In this document: positions 1-10,302 of the stretch, piece by piece
How the letters are laid out: each line of letters starts with the position of its first letter
Position numbering within the stretch: position 1 is the first letter of the stretch
Source of the DNA: Octopus bimaculoides
Taxonomy: Eukaryota
Assembly (NCBI RefSeq): GCF_001194135.2
Contig: NC_068981.1
Coordinates: 136,101,646-136,136,930, forward strand
Length of the DNA: 35,285 bases
Direction of reading: 5' to 3'
Program-made: the position numbers and the translations under genes
Notes under the pieces: generated by a model
Told to the model about the DNA's origin: nothing
Databases searched by the model: none
What the model saw: only the letters and a program-made list of their open reading frames with translations

Positions 1-360
1 TAGTGTCATATTGCTACTTTTAACTAATTTTCCTCTTTTCAGGGTTGCTTTGGCACATTTTTCTAATCCGAATTTCATATCTATTTCCTTGGTAAAGCCG
101 TGTACTGTCTGTAGTAATGTTTCTAGCTCTCTGTCGTTTTTAGCATATAATTTTAGGTCATCCATATATAGAAGGTGGCTGACTGTTTTTCCGTAGCATT
201 TGTAACCACATCCAGTTCTATTTAGCAATTCAGTTAAAGGTGTGAGTGTCAGACAGAACAGGAGTGGAGAGAGCGTGTCTCCCTGGAATATTCCTCTTCT
301 AATGGGGATGGCTTTCGTTTTCACAAGTCCCTCTTTTGTTTGGAGCTGTAGCACTGTCTT
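1..360 (-). mobile_element. R4/Dong-like non-LTR retrotransposon, reverse transcriptase fragment (5'-truncated, runs off the window)
   Basis: Manual minus-strand translation is open: KTVLQLQTKEGLVKTKAIPIRRGIFQGDTLSPLLFCLTLTPLTELLNRTGCGYKCYGKTVSHLLYMDDLKLYAKNDRELETLLQTVHGFTKEIDMKFGLEKCAK. The motifs RGIFQGDxLSP, HLLYMDDLKLY and FGLEKC are typical of the RT of restriction-like-endonuclease clades such as R4. Not in the ORF track. Confidence 0.85.
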
Positions 361-675
361 ATAATTATTATTATTATTATGCTGACAGACAATCTACCAC
401 TGCTATATTGCTTATTTCTAGTTTCTGTGATAAATTTCCACCTGGATACGACGTCAGAGTTTTACAGCTAGTTCTTTCTTTTTTTCTTCTTCTCAGTCGG
501 TGTAGTTTTGATTCCGTACTTCAAACTAACGAATTACTACTAGACTCTTATCAGTAGCCCAGTAATCTACAGCACAATGTAATTACTTGGTGTTAAGTCG
601 ACTGGGCCAGTGAGACCTATGAGGTTTGGTTATCATCAGATCTTCCTTATCAACTCAACCACACTTGGTTCCAAA

Positions 676-1095
676 TGTGTGTATGTGTGTGCGTGTGTGT
701 GTGAGGGCGTGTGCGTATGTATGCACACACACACGCGCACACACATATATATATATACGTTATATACATATTCATACACACACGCGCGCGCGTATATATC
801 CTTATATATATACGTGCACAGGTACATATACATGAGAAATTTTATATGTGCATAAACTTGTAAGCAAACTGTGTATATTTGTAGGTGTATATATGTATGT
901 GTGTATGTATACACACAAACACGCACATACGCACACACTCACATGCCATTCCGTAGTATACATGCTTACGTGCGTGCTTGCTTGCTTGCGCGCGTTTATA
1001 TGCGTGTATGCGCGCACACGTGCATTTACGTATAATTCATGACTTTTATTCTTCATTTATATTAAAGCCCACATACACATAGACACAAAAACACG

Positions 1096-1129
<34 letters not shown>

Positions 1130-1145
1130 TCTATGTATGTATGTC
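676..1145. repeat. Compound microsatellite (TG/CA/TA/TATG)
   Basis: Directly visible interleaved di- and tetranucleotide runs. Confidence 0.9.
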
Positions 1146-1146
1146 A

Positions 1147-1519
1147 TTATTACTTCTGCCTTAGCGAAGGCGGAGATATTGTTTCAGTTGTGTTTGTTTG
1201 TTTGTTTGTCTGTCCGTGGACAAGATATCTCAAGAACCACAGGATGTATGTAGGTGAAATTTTCAGGGATGTTTGGCCTCGTAACTGGCACGAACCGATT
1301 AGATTTTGGGGTCGATCCGGTACCGGACAAGGATTCTGGATTATCTTTCCTGTTTTTTCACTTAATTTTTGAGAGCAGTTCGAGTTCATTTTTAGTATTC
1401 TCGTTTGTGAAAGCAGTCGAGTTTATTTCGGATATTCTCATTTTAAAAAATCATCTCTGGCTAATCGTTGAGAAGACGTTAGTGTTGGCGGAGGTTTGCG
1501 CTCTCTGAGTGCTCCTGTT
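1147..1519 (+). mobile_element. Non-autonomous Helentron-type element (HINE/DINE-1-like)
   Basis: 5' TTATTACTTCTGCC with hairpin TTCTGCCTT-AGCG-AAGGCGGAG, then a (GTTT/GTCT)n tract. The 3' subterminal inverted repeat GGCGGAGGT is at 1487-1495, the 3' stem-loop GCGCTC-TCT-GAGTGC at 1498-1512, and TT at both ends. Confidence 0.7.
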
Positions 1520-1621
1520 CAGTTTAATTTCAAGATTTCTTGCCAATAGAGGAAGATCCAGTTTCTAACCTAGATCCAATGTTCCTTTATTGGAATTCCA
1601 ACAACATCAACAAGGTATTTT

Positions 1622-1684
1622 CGTATGTATGTATGTGTGTATGTATGTATGTATGTATGTATGTATGTATGTATGTATGTATGT
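1622..1684. repeat. (TATG)n microsatellite
   Basis: Direct reading. Confidence 0.95.
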
Positions 1685-1685
1685 A

Positions 1686-2040
1686 TAGCCATGTTGGAGC
1701 AATGCCTTAAAGGGATTTAGTCGAAGAAATCGACCCCAGGACTTATTCTTTGTAAGTCTAGTACTTATTCTATCGGTCTTTTCTTGCCAAACTGCTAAGT
1801 TACGGGGACGGAAATACACCAACATCGGTTGTCAAGCGATGGTGGGAGTACAAACACACACACAAACACACACACACATATACGACGGGCTTATTTTCAG
1901 TTTCCGTCTACAAAATTCGCTCAGAAAGCCTTGGTCGGCTCGAGGCTATGATAGAAGGCACTTGCCCAAGGTGCCACACAGTAAAACTGAAAGCAGAACC
2001 ATGTGGTTGGGAAGCAAGCTTCTCACCACACAGCCACACT
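1686..2040 (-). mobile_element. tRNA-derived SINE, family A
   Basis: Reverse complement gives the head GTGGCTGTGTGGTGAGAAGCTTGCTTCCCAACCACATGGTT, an internal CA/TG tract and a tail with CCAACATGGC. Homologous to 7790-8194, 24055-24450 and 30190-30560. Confidence 0.9.
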
Positions 2041-2076
2041 GTATGTATGTATGTATGTATGTATGTATGTATGTAT

Positions 2077-2111
<35 letters not shown>

Positions 2112-2262
2112 ATACAAAGAATATATATGCATGTATACACACATATATGTACATACTTACATCTACATGTGTATATAGATGCATATCAGGGTACAGGACG
2201 TTAGAACAATGAACTACAGACAACGGAACGAACACATAGGAAAACGGAAAGCCACTTGGAAT

Positions 2263-2476
2263 NNNNNNNNNNNNNNNNNNNNNNNNNNNNNNNNNNNNNN
2301 NNNNNNNNNNNNNNNNNNNNNNNNNNNNNNNNNNNNNNNNNNNNNNNNNNNNNNNNNNNNNNNNNNNNNNNNNNNNNNNNNNNNNNNNNNNNNNNNNNNN
2401 NNNNNNNNNNNNNNNNNNNNNNNNNNNNNNNNNNNNNNNNNNNNNNNNNNNNNNNNNNNNNNNNNNNNNNNNNNNN
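2263..2476. other. Assembly gap (N run); further gaps at 3956-4125, 6971-7387, 26304-26557 and 33111-33393
   Basis: Runs of n in the sequence. Confidence 1.
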
Positions 2477-2532
2477 TATACATATATATGTATATAATGT
2501 AGTTGTATAAATCCGGAATAATGTGAGAAGGT

Positions 2533-2750
2533 ACATTCAATAATCCTTAGGCGAGATTCACAATGGAGTGTTACTCTCACATCTGAGGCGCTGTCGCTAT
2601 ACACACAGACACCTTAGAACTGCATTCAGAAAAGGACTATCCAACTAATTGGAATAGAGTTACTCAAAGACATGTTCCAGTCTGGCCCACTGGTGCGCTG
2701 TCTCATCTCCCAACCTTTGCTACCGCTACTATAATGTCCTCTACTCCTCT
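2533..2750 (+). mobile_element. L2/Crack/Daphne-like LINE ORF2 C-terminal fragment, copy 1
   Basis: Translates with frameshifts as MECYSHI*GAVAIHTDTL..CIQKRTIQLIG..FQS(L)AHWCAVSSPNLCYRYYN, matching the EYCSHIW / IQKRAIRLIG / LAHRRxVSSLxLFYRYYN motifs. About 95% identical by eye to 4537-4755. Confidence 0.7.
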
Positions 2751-3089
2751 ACAATTTGAAAAGAAAACAGGACAAAATTGCAGTTTTACCTTGTATTTCT
2801 ATATTTCGGAGTGAAGACCCCTTCTTCAGAACATTCGGAAAAGCGATGGTTTTTAAAAAGTTTGTTGCTTCACAAAACTACCTCTTTTTGATATATATAT
2901 ACGGAGATGGAGAATGCGAGGGAGTAAGAGAAAGATTACTTGTCAGATATTTATTAGTATTTTTAACTACATCAATGATTATAGAGCATAAATGTGACAT
3001 CATAATAGAAATAAAAAAGGCTATAACTTTCGAAACAATTGATCATACTATTCTCTTTCTCACTAATTTTATGAAATGTTCACATCCGC

Positions 3090-3240
3090 TGTACATCAAC
3101 TCCAGTGCTCAACTGGTATTATTTTATCGACCCCGAAAGGATGACTGGGCGAAGTCGACTTCGGTGGAATTTGAAGTCAGGGCGTAAAGGAGGACGAAAT
3201 GCCGCTACGTATTTTGCCCGGCGTGCTAACGATTCTGCCA
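3090..3240 (-). mobile_element. tRNA-derived SINE, family B
   Basis: Reverse complement of the family core TTCAAATTCCACCGAAGTCGACTTCGCCCAGTCATCCTTTCGGGGTCGATAAAAT. Confidence 0.85.
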
Positions 3241-3260
3241 TCCCAAGTGTAAAACATATG

Positions 3261-3322
3261 TTGTACTTATCCAGAAAAAAGGTGGGAGAGGTTTGATCAT
3301 ATGTCAGGATTGTATTGAAGCT
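3261..3322 (+). mobile_element. Small R4/Dong-like ORF remnant
   Basis: With one 1-nt frameshift it reads LYLSRKxGGRGLIICQDCIE, the LYxxRKxGGRGL motif that follows the RT in R4-type elements. Confidence 0.5.
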
Positions 3323-3610
3323 TGCAGAAACCAGCAAATGTGAACATTATGAAATATTCACATCTGTTTCTCAACAAGTTTTCCAAGTCAGTTGTGCTTA
3401 CATTTAGTGGACGTTTGGCTGGGAATGTGCTACCAAAACTCTTTGTGTTGCTCTGTGTGAATGTTCTCAGGAGCAGAAGTTACTTTTTATATTTGTCTGA
3501 GAGTAATCTTTCTAAACAGACAACATTATATATAATATTATTTTAGCATCGACGCCATGCCACCTGGTATGAGAGTAATTTGGTATTTGTGGAAGTAGTC
3601 GATCGCATAT

Positions 3611-3824
3611 ATAATAATCCTTTCTACTATAGGCACAAAGTCAGAAATTTAGGGAGGGGAATAGTCGATTACATCGACTCCTGTGTTCAACTGATACTTA
3701 TTTTATCGACTCCAAAAGGATAAAAGGCAAGTCGACTCCGGTGGCATTTGAACTGAGAACGTAAGGACGGACGAAATGCAGCTAAGCATTTTGCCCGGAG
3801 TGTTAACGATTCTGCCAGCTCGCC
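3611..3824 (-). mobile_element. SINE family B, near full length
   Basis: Head GGCGAGCTGGCAGAATCGTTAAC, B-box-like GTTCAAATGCC, central core and (ATT)n tail on the minus strand. Confidence 0.9.
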
Positions 3825-3918
3825 AATTGCATGTATAATAATAATGACTGTTACATAATGGGCTTTTCCGCCGCGTTTTATGTTTTGGAGTGTTTTTACT
3901 GTCTCTGTCTTTGATGTG

Positions 3919-3955
<37 letters not shown>

Positions 3956-4234
3956 NNNNNNNNNNNNNNNNNNNNNNNNNNNNNNNNNNNNNNNNNNNNN
4001 NNNNNNNNNNNNNNNNNNNNNNNNNNNNNNNNNNNNNNNNNNNNNNNNNNNNNNNNNNNNNNNNNNNNNNNNNNNNNNNNNNNNNNNNNNNNNNNNNNNN
4101 NNNNNNNNNNNNNNNNNNNNNNNNNCTGTCTGTCTCTGTCACTCCTCCCCCTCTTTCTCTCTGTTGTTCAATATGTTTTTTTAAAGCTATCCCTGCATTT
4201 GGATTGCTGGTGCATATTCTCATCCAATCGTGGT

Positions 4235-4533
4235 ACTCCGTCGGTTACGACGATGAGGGTTCCAGTTGATCCGATCAACGGAACAATCTGCACGTGAAAT
4301 TAGCCTGCGAGTGGCTGAGCTCTCCACAGACATGCGTACCCTTAACGTAGTTCTAAGGGAGATTGAGCGTGACACAAAATGTAACAACACTGGTTCTTTG
4401 AAATACAGGAACAGCTAAGTGGACTGGAGTAACCTGAAATGAAGTGTCTTGCTTATTGACACAACGTACCACCGGGAATCGAATTCACGACTTTATGAGC
4501 CGTATACCCTAACCACTGAGTCACGTACCTTCA
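4235..4533 (-). mobile_element. tRNA-derived SINE, family C
   Basis: Reverse complement head GTGACTCAGTGGTTAGGGTATACGGCTCATAAAGTCGTGAATTCGATTCCCGG. Body homologous to 13821-14142 and 29813-30083. Confidence 0.85.
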
Positions 4534-4536
4534 TAC

Positions 4537-5035
4537 ACATTCAATAATCCTTAGGCGAGATTCACAATGGAGTGTTACTCTCACATCTGAGGCGGTGTCG
4601 TTACACACACAGACATCCTAGAACTGCATTCAGAAAAGGACTATCCAACTAATTGGTATAGAGTTACTCAAAGACATGTTCCAGTCTGGCCCACTGGTGC
4701 GTTGTCTCATCTCCCAACCTTTGCTACCGTTACTTTAATGTCCTCTGCTTCTCTAAGTTAACTTGACTCATGCCATCCCCACTCAGAAATTCCCGACCCT
4801 AGTCTCTCCTCCTTTCAGCTTTCATAGCCCCTCAAGCCCCGATCTAATCTCTATACCCAGTTCTTTCTTTCCAGAATGTTGGCCCTCTAGAATTCTCCCT
4901 TCTGTAGAAATATTTTTTCTACAGTCTTTGATTTACAATGGTCCAAAAGGAACAATAATGACATCAAACTCACCGGTCTAGGAACGCCTACAGAGGTTAT
5001 GAACACCTACCCCTTCTTCCAGATTCAATAAGTAA
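4537..5035 (+). mobile_element. L2/Crack/Daphne-like LINE 3' portion, copy 2
   Basis: Same motifs as 2533-2750, continuing with decayed FFxRxxxLWNSLP-like and FxLQxxKRN-like sequence and a putative 3' UTR. Confidence 0.65.
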
Positions 5036-5124
5036 AGCAAAATGTATCATAATGTGATGTGAGATGTGACGTATACGCCACGTGTCAAAAAAGAAATCAC
5101 ATTTCCTGTCATTATCATCATTAC

Positions 5125-5335
5125 TTAAGGGCAGCAAGCTGACAGTGTCGTTGGCAAATCGAACAAGATAGAGGTATTTTGTTTTGAGTTCAATTTCCAC
5201 CGAAGTCGACTTTGCCATTCATCCTTTCGAGGTCGATTAAATATGTACCATTTAGTCACTGGGGTCGATGTAATCGACTTACTCCCTCCCCTGAAATTCC
5301 TGCCCTTGCACCAAAATTCGGAATCAATATTGTTT
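5125..5335 (+). mobile_element. SINE family B
   Basis: Head GGCAGCAAGCTGACAG, core GAAGTCGACTTTGCCATTCATCCTTTCGAGGTCGAT, tail CCTTGCACCAAAATTCGGAA. Confidence 0.85.
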
Positions 5336-5340
5336 TCATA

Positions 5341-5520
5341 TTTTGGCACAAAGCCAGCAATTTCGAGGATGGGGTAAGTCGATTACATCGACTCCAGTAC
5401 TTGACGTGTACTTATTTTATCGACCCTGAAAGGAATAAAAGGCAAAGTGGACCTCAGCGGAATTTAAGCTCAGAACATGAAGACGGACGAAATGTCGCTA
5501 ACGGTTTTGCAAACTTGCCG
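5341..5520 (-). mobile_element. SINE family B, inverted relative to 5125-5335
   Basis: Reverse complement of the same core and tail. Confidence 0.85.
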
Positions 5521-5550
5521 CCTTTATTCGAAATCAATATTAACATTTAC

Positions 5551-5908
5551 GTTAAGAGTTCAAATTCCGCCGAGGTCGATTTTGCCTTCCATCCTTTCGG
5601 GGTCGATAAATTAAGTACCGGTTGCATACCGGTCGCCTCCCCCAAAATTTCGGGCCTTATACCTAGAGTAGAAAAAAAAAATATTAACATTACTTAAGGC
5701 GGCGAGCTGGCAGAATCGTTAGCACACCGGACGAAATTCTTAGCGGCATTTCATCCGTCTTCATGTTCTGAGTTCAAATTCCATCGAGGTCCACTTTGCC
5801 TTTCAATCTTTCAGGGTCGATAAAATAAGTACCAGTTGAGCACTGAGGTCGATCTAATCGACTTAAACCCTCCCTCGAAATTGCTGGCCTTGGGCCTGTT
5901 GTAGAAAG
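5551..5908 (+). mobile_element. Two tandem SINE family B copies (5551-5690 headless, 5694-5908 full)
   Basis: Core GAGTTCAAATTCC..GAGGTC..TTTGCCTT..CCTTTC.GGGTCGATAAA occurs twice; head TAAGGCGGCGAGCTGGCAGAATCGTTAGC at 5694. Confidence 0.9.
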
Positions 5909-6254
5909 GCATATCAGCATTACCGTTGTGTTTAATTGGAACATAGTTATGCATATACTTAGTATATATTGGTAAACACAGATCTCTTTTGCGTTTTTTT
6001 TTAAGCATGTTCATGGACGTTTCTATGCGTCGCATGGAACAGTTTCAGTATTCCTTGATAGATTTACTATAAAATCGTACGTATTTTTTTTTTTCCATTT
6101 GGTTGTATAATTTATGTTGCAGTGAATATAATCGACTTACTCTTGTCCAATGTTTAAAACTAATATCTAAACAGTAGATCAAGAGTCCGTTTCCAACTCA
6201 GAAAATGTTTTCGACGCTAAAATTTAGACATCAATCCAGTGATACTGTATATAA

Positions 6255-6255
<1 letters not shown>

Positions 6256-6329
<74 letters not shown>
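6256..6329. repeat. (CA)n microsatellite
   Basis: Direct reading. Confidence 0.95.
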
Positions 6330-6333
<4 letters not shown>

Positions 6334-6378
6334 CGTATTAATTGCATGTATACATCAACACACGTCTATATATACGTC

Positions 6379-6538
6379 TGTGTGGTAAGAACAAAGCGGT
6401 TCGGCAAAAAAGGCCGATAGAATAAGTACTAGGCTTTAAAAAATAAGTACTGGGTTTGATTCGTTCGGTTAAAACCCTTCAAGGCGGTGCCCCAGCATGG
6501 CCACAGTAAAAAAATGACTGAAGTAAAAGATAAAAGGT
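6379..6538 (+). mobile_element. SINE family A, internally deleted or tail fragment
   Basis: TGTGTGGTAAGAA joined to AGCGGTTCGGCAAAA..GATAGAATAAGTACTAGGC..AAGGCGGTGCCCCAGCATGGCCAC. Confidence 0.8.
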
Positions 6539-6574
6539 ACGCATGCATGTAGATAGATAAACAGACAAACAGAC

Positions 6575-6575
<1 letters not shown>

Positions 6576-6632
<57 letters not shown>

Positions 6633-6651
6633 ACAAACAGAAAGAAAGAAG

Positions 6652-6718
<67 letters not shown>
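6576..6718. repeat. (GATA)n/(GAAA)n compound microsatellite
   Basis: Direct reading. Confidence 0.95.
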
Positions 6719-6719
<1 letters not shown>

Positions 6720-6908
6720 TTTGAATGTATGTATATATGTATATATACATGCATTTTTGCGTATAATTCCATAAGTAAATCAGTTTTACTTAGACATGTA
6801 TGCTTATACATATGATTGTATACTTTATTCATGTGTACCTAAATGCAAGTTAAATTTTTTCTCTCATGTTGTAGTGTTAGCAGGCTTTCCTTAAGTTTGC
6901 GATAGATT

Positions 6909-6970
<62 letters not shown>

Positions 6971-7387
6971 NNNNNNNNNNNNNNNNNNNNNNNNNNNNNN
7001 NNNNNNNNNNNNNNNNNNNNNNNNNNNNNNNNNNNNNNNNNNNNNNNNNNNNNNNNNNNNNNNNNNNNNNNNNNNNNNNNNNNNNNNNNNNNNNNNNNNN
7101 NNNNNNNNNNNNNNNNNNNNNNNNNNNNNNNNNNNNNNNNNNNNNNNNNNNNNNNNNNNNNNNNNNNNNNNNNNNNNNNNNNNNNNNNNNNNNNNNNNNN
7201 NNNNNNNNNNNNNNNNNNNNNNNNNNNNNNNNNNNNNNNNNNNNNNNNNNNNNNNNNNNNNNNNNNNNNNNNNNNNNNNNNNNNNNNNNNNNNNNNNNNN
7301 NNNNNNNNNNNNNNNNNNNNNNNNNNNNNNNNNNNNNNNNNNNNNNNNNNNNNNNNNNNNNNNNNNNNNNNNNNNNNNNNNNNNNNN

Positions 7388-7404
7388 CGACGCTCTTCCG
7401 ATCT
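7388..7404 (+). other. Illumina TruSeq adapter/read-1 primer remnant (assembly artefact)
   Basis: CGACGCTCTTCCGATCT is the exact 3' end of ACACTCTTTCCCTACACGACGCTCTTCCGATCT and sits at a contig start directly after an N gap. Confidence 0.95.
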
Positions 7405-7459
7405 ACTGAATAAGTGTCACATATTTTTACAGATATTTATATATATATATAAACGCAGT

Positions 7460-7770
7460 TACGCAGTGGGGTCGATGTAATCCACTTAAAGCCCTTTGTC
7501 TGTCCTTGTTTCTCTCCTCTAAGTTTGTCCCCCTGTGGGCAATAAGGAAATAAATATTCTGCTATCGTTTAAGGCGGCGAGCTGGCAGAATCGTTAGCAC
7601 GCCGAGCAAAATGTTTAACTGCATTTCGTCCCTCTTTACATCCTATGTTCAAATTCCGCCGTGTTCAATTTCAGGGTCGATAAAATAAGGACCAGTTGAA
7701 CACTTGGGTCGATATAATCGACTAGGCCCCTCCCATAAAATTGCTTATATTTGTACCAAAATTTGAAACC
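7460..7770 (+). mobile_element. SINE family B: tail-only fragment with alternative tail (7460-7555) plus near-full copy (7570-7770)
   Basis: TGTCTGTCCTTGTTT..CCCCCTGTGGGCAATAAGGAAATAA, then the head TAAGGCGGCGAGCTGGCAGAATCGTTAGC. Confidence 0.85.
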
Positions 7771-7789
7771 AATGTTATGCTAATTCGTT

Positions 7790-8194
7790 TTACTTTTTTC
7801 AGTCATTTGACAGCAGCCATACTGGAGCACCACCTTACAGGGTTTTCAGTCGAAGAAATCGACCCCAAGGCTTATTCTTTGTAAACCCAGTACTTATTCT
7901 ATCGGTGTCTTTTGCCGAACCGCTAAGTTACGGGGATGTACACACACCAACAACAGTTGTCAAACGATGGTGGTGGGGACAAACACATATAAAGACACAT
8001 GTACATAAATATATACATACATATATATACGACGAGATTCTTTCAGTTTCCGTCTACCAAATTCACTCAGAAGGCTTTGGTCGACTCGAGGTTATAGTAG
8101 AAAATACTTACCCAAGGTGCCACGCAGTGGGACTGAATCCGTAACGATGTGGCTGGGAAGCTAGCTTCTTACCACACAGCCACGCCTGCGCCTA
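7790..8194 (-). mobile_element. SINE family A, full length
   Basis: Reverse complement begins AGGCGCAGGCGTGGCTGTGTGGTAAGAAG and ends GGTGCTCCAGTATGGCTGCTGTCAAATGACTGAAAA. Confidence 0.92.
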
Positions 8195-8640
8195 ATGCTT
8201 ACAATAAACTGATACCTAGTACTAATACGTAATTTTTCTCTATTCTCAGCATCAATGTCTGGCCTGTTGTACGTATATTTTAGAAAGGTTTGAAGACGAA
8301 CATTCCACCAGTATACTTTCAATTGAGTGTTCTTTTCAAATAAGCCAATCACATCGCTGTAAATTCTTTTATGTTGATTTTCCGAATTATCCTGCATCAA
8401 AAACTTGTGCTGAGAGTAAATAGTCAGAGTTGGTAGTAGGATTTAATAAAATAAATTGTGGAAAATATATAAAAAGATAATACTTTATCATGCCTTATTA
8501 AGAAACAATATATCAACTTATTTTCAAAACAAAAATATTTACTAGAAGCAAACAGATACACACACACGCACGCGCGTGCATATAAGTGTGTGTGTGTGTG
8601 TGTGTGTGTATACATGTGCATTTGTTTATATGTGTATATG

Positions 8641-8701
<61 letters not shown>

Positions 8702-8744
8702 ATATATATACATTTCGGTGTATGTATGTCATTATTCTGTTTTA

Positions 8745-10231
8745 TTTCGAGATTTCCCAAGAAGTTAAAGGAAGGCATAATATGTCCTACCCAAAACAGA
8801 GGTAACAGAGCAGATGCTAAAGATGATATACCTGTCTCTCTAACCTCCCATGTCAGCAAAGTCACGGAACGCATTTTCTGAAAGAAGCTGGTAGCGTTCT
8901 TGTGAAGATAATGACTTGCTCTCTGACATCCAGCATGGCTTACACTCAGGAAGAAGCTGCCTTACCCAGCTTTTGCATTATTATGACTGGGTGTTGAAAC
9001 AATTAATGACTCGCTCAAACGTGAACGTGATATATCTTGATTTTGCAAAAGCAAGATTGATCATGGGATGATATGTCACAAGGTACGGAGGATCGGCATA
9101 GCCGGAACTGGGAGAGTGATTGCATGACTTCTTAAGAGACGAAAACCAGGCTGTGGCGGTCAATGGAGCCCTCTCCAAAAAGTCATTAAGAGAAAGTAGA
9201 GTTCCTCAGCGAATTGCATTGGGGCAGTTGCTGTTCATGATGACTCTTTCATCACACTTACTAGCTATGCCGATGGCACAAAAGTAGCACAAACCGTCAA
9301 GGAACCTTCTGATGCTATTCTCCTACAGAAAGACCTAGATGCCATATACAGATAGTCTGAAGAAAATATTCAATTTAATGCAGGTGAATTCCAAGCCCTC
9401 TGCTAACAGCTAATTGGTGCTCAGAAGCAGCGACAACAATATTTTAAACCAAGAGAAGCGGCAATCCCAGAGTCACGTACAATGCGTGATCTGGAGACTG
9501 ATATGAGCAACGACACCTCGTCTTATATGCATATCACCAAAATGATGGAAATGTACGGACGAACGGCCGGATGGATTTTGAGAACTTTCAGAGGAAGGGA
9601 CCAAGAAACTATGCTGGTTCTATGGGGGACATTTGTACTCAGTCGCCTGGATCACTGCTCTCAACTATGGTCATCCTACAGTGTCAAATTAATTGCAGAA
9701 CTTGAAGCAGTTCAGGCGGTGTTACACCAGGAAGATTGCACCAATGGAACAACTGAGTTATTGGGAGAGACTGAAAGTGCTACGACTCTACTCCCTGGAG
9801 CGAAGACGGAATAGGTATGCAGTTATATATGTTTAGAAGATCTTGGCACCAAATTTTCGTATCGAGAGCTATACCAGCCCCAGAACTATACATCACTGCA
9901 CTGTTCCAAAGGTCCTAGCTATCCCGTCTAGAGTGAGAACCATGTACTGCAATAGCTTGCGATTCAAGAGCCCACAACTATTTAACTCCTTACCAAAACA
10001 TCTGAAGGATCTTCATGGAGTAAGAGTAAACTTTTTCAAAAAACAACTTGACTATCCAAGGTCCCAGATGAACCGGTATCAAGGCAGGAAACTCAATAGA
10101 AGGTAGCAGTGTCCATCTACCTCCTTCACCAAAAGCCAATCACATAAAATTGGTCATTGAAAGGATGATTACACAGGCGGTGCTCCAGCATGGCCACGGC
10201 TTTAGAGCTGAAACACGTAAAAGAGTAAAAG

Positions 10232-10233
<2 letters not shown>
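8745..10233 (+). mobile_element. CR1-clade LINE, 5'-truncated decayed ORF2 (RT and C-terminus) plus 3' UTR
   Basis: Motifs PVSLTSHVSKVTERI, YLDFAKA (9033-9053), VPQxxxLGxLLF, SYADGTK (decayed YADD), MRDL, RTFRGRD, SRLDHCSQLWS and LYSLERRR, broken by stops, frameshifts and a deletion. Ends in a GTAAAAGA repeat. Confidence 0.9.

Positions 10234-10297
<64 letters not shown>
10234..10297. repeat. (TA)n microsatellite
   Basis: Direct reading. Confidence 0.95.

Positions 10298-10302
<5 letters not shown>

Noticed and set aside
610-1056. Cluster of ORFs rich in YI/HT/CV dipeptides (also 1839-2212, 6205-6832, 8424-8874, 18951-19354, 33781-34144)
   Set aside because: Translations of microsatellites that lack stop codons; no coding signal.
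2170-2262. Possible edge of another Penelope-like pLTR
   Set aside because: Only a vague recalled resemblance, and the diagnostic part would fall in the gap.
2023-2604. Long ORFs that cross N gaps (also 3687-4297 and 33050-33584)
   Set aside because: Their length comes from X runs, so they are artefacts.
2756-3187. 143-aa ORF as a host gene
   Set aside because: Non-ATG start, no recognisable domain, and the 3' part is antisense SINE B.
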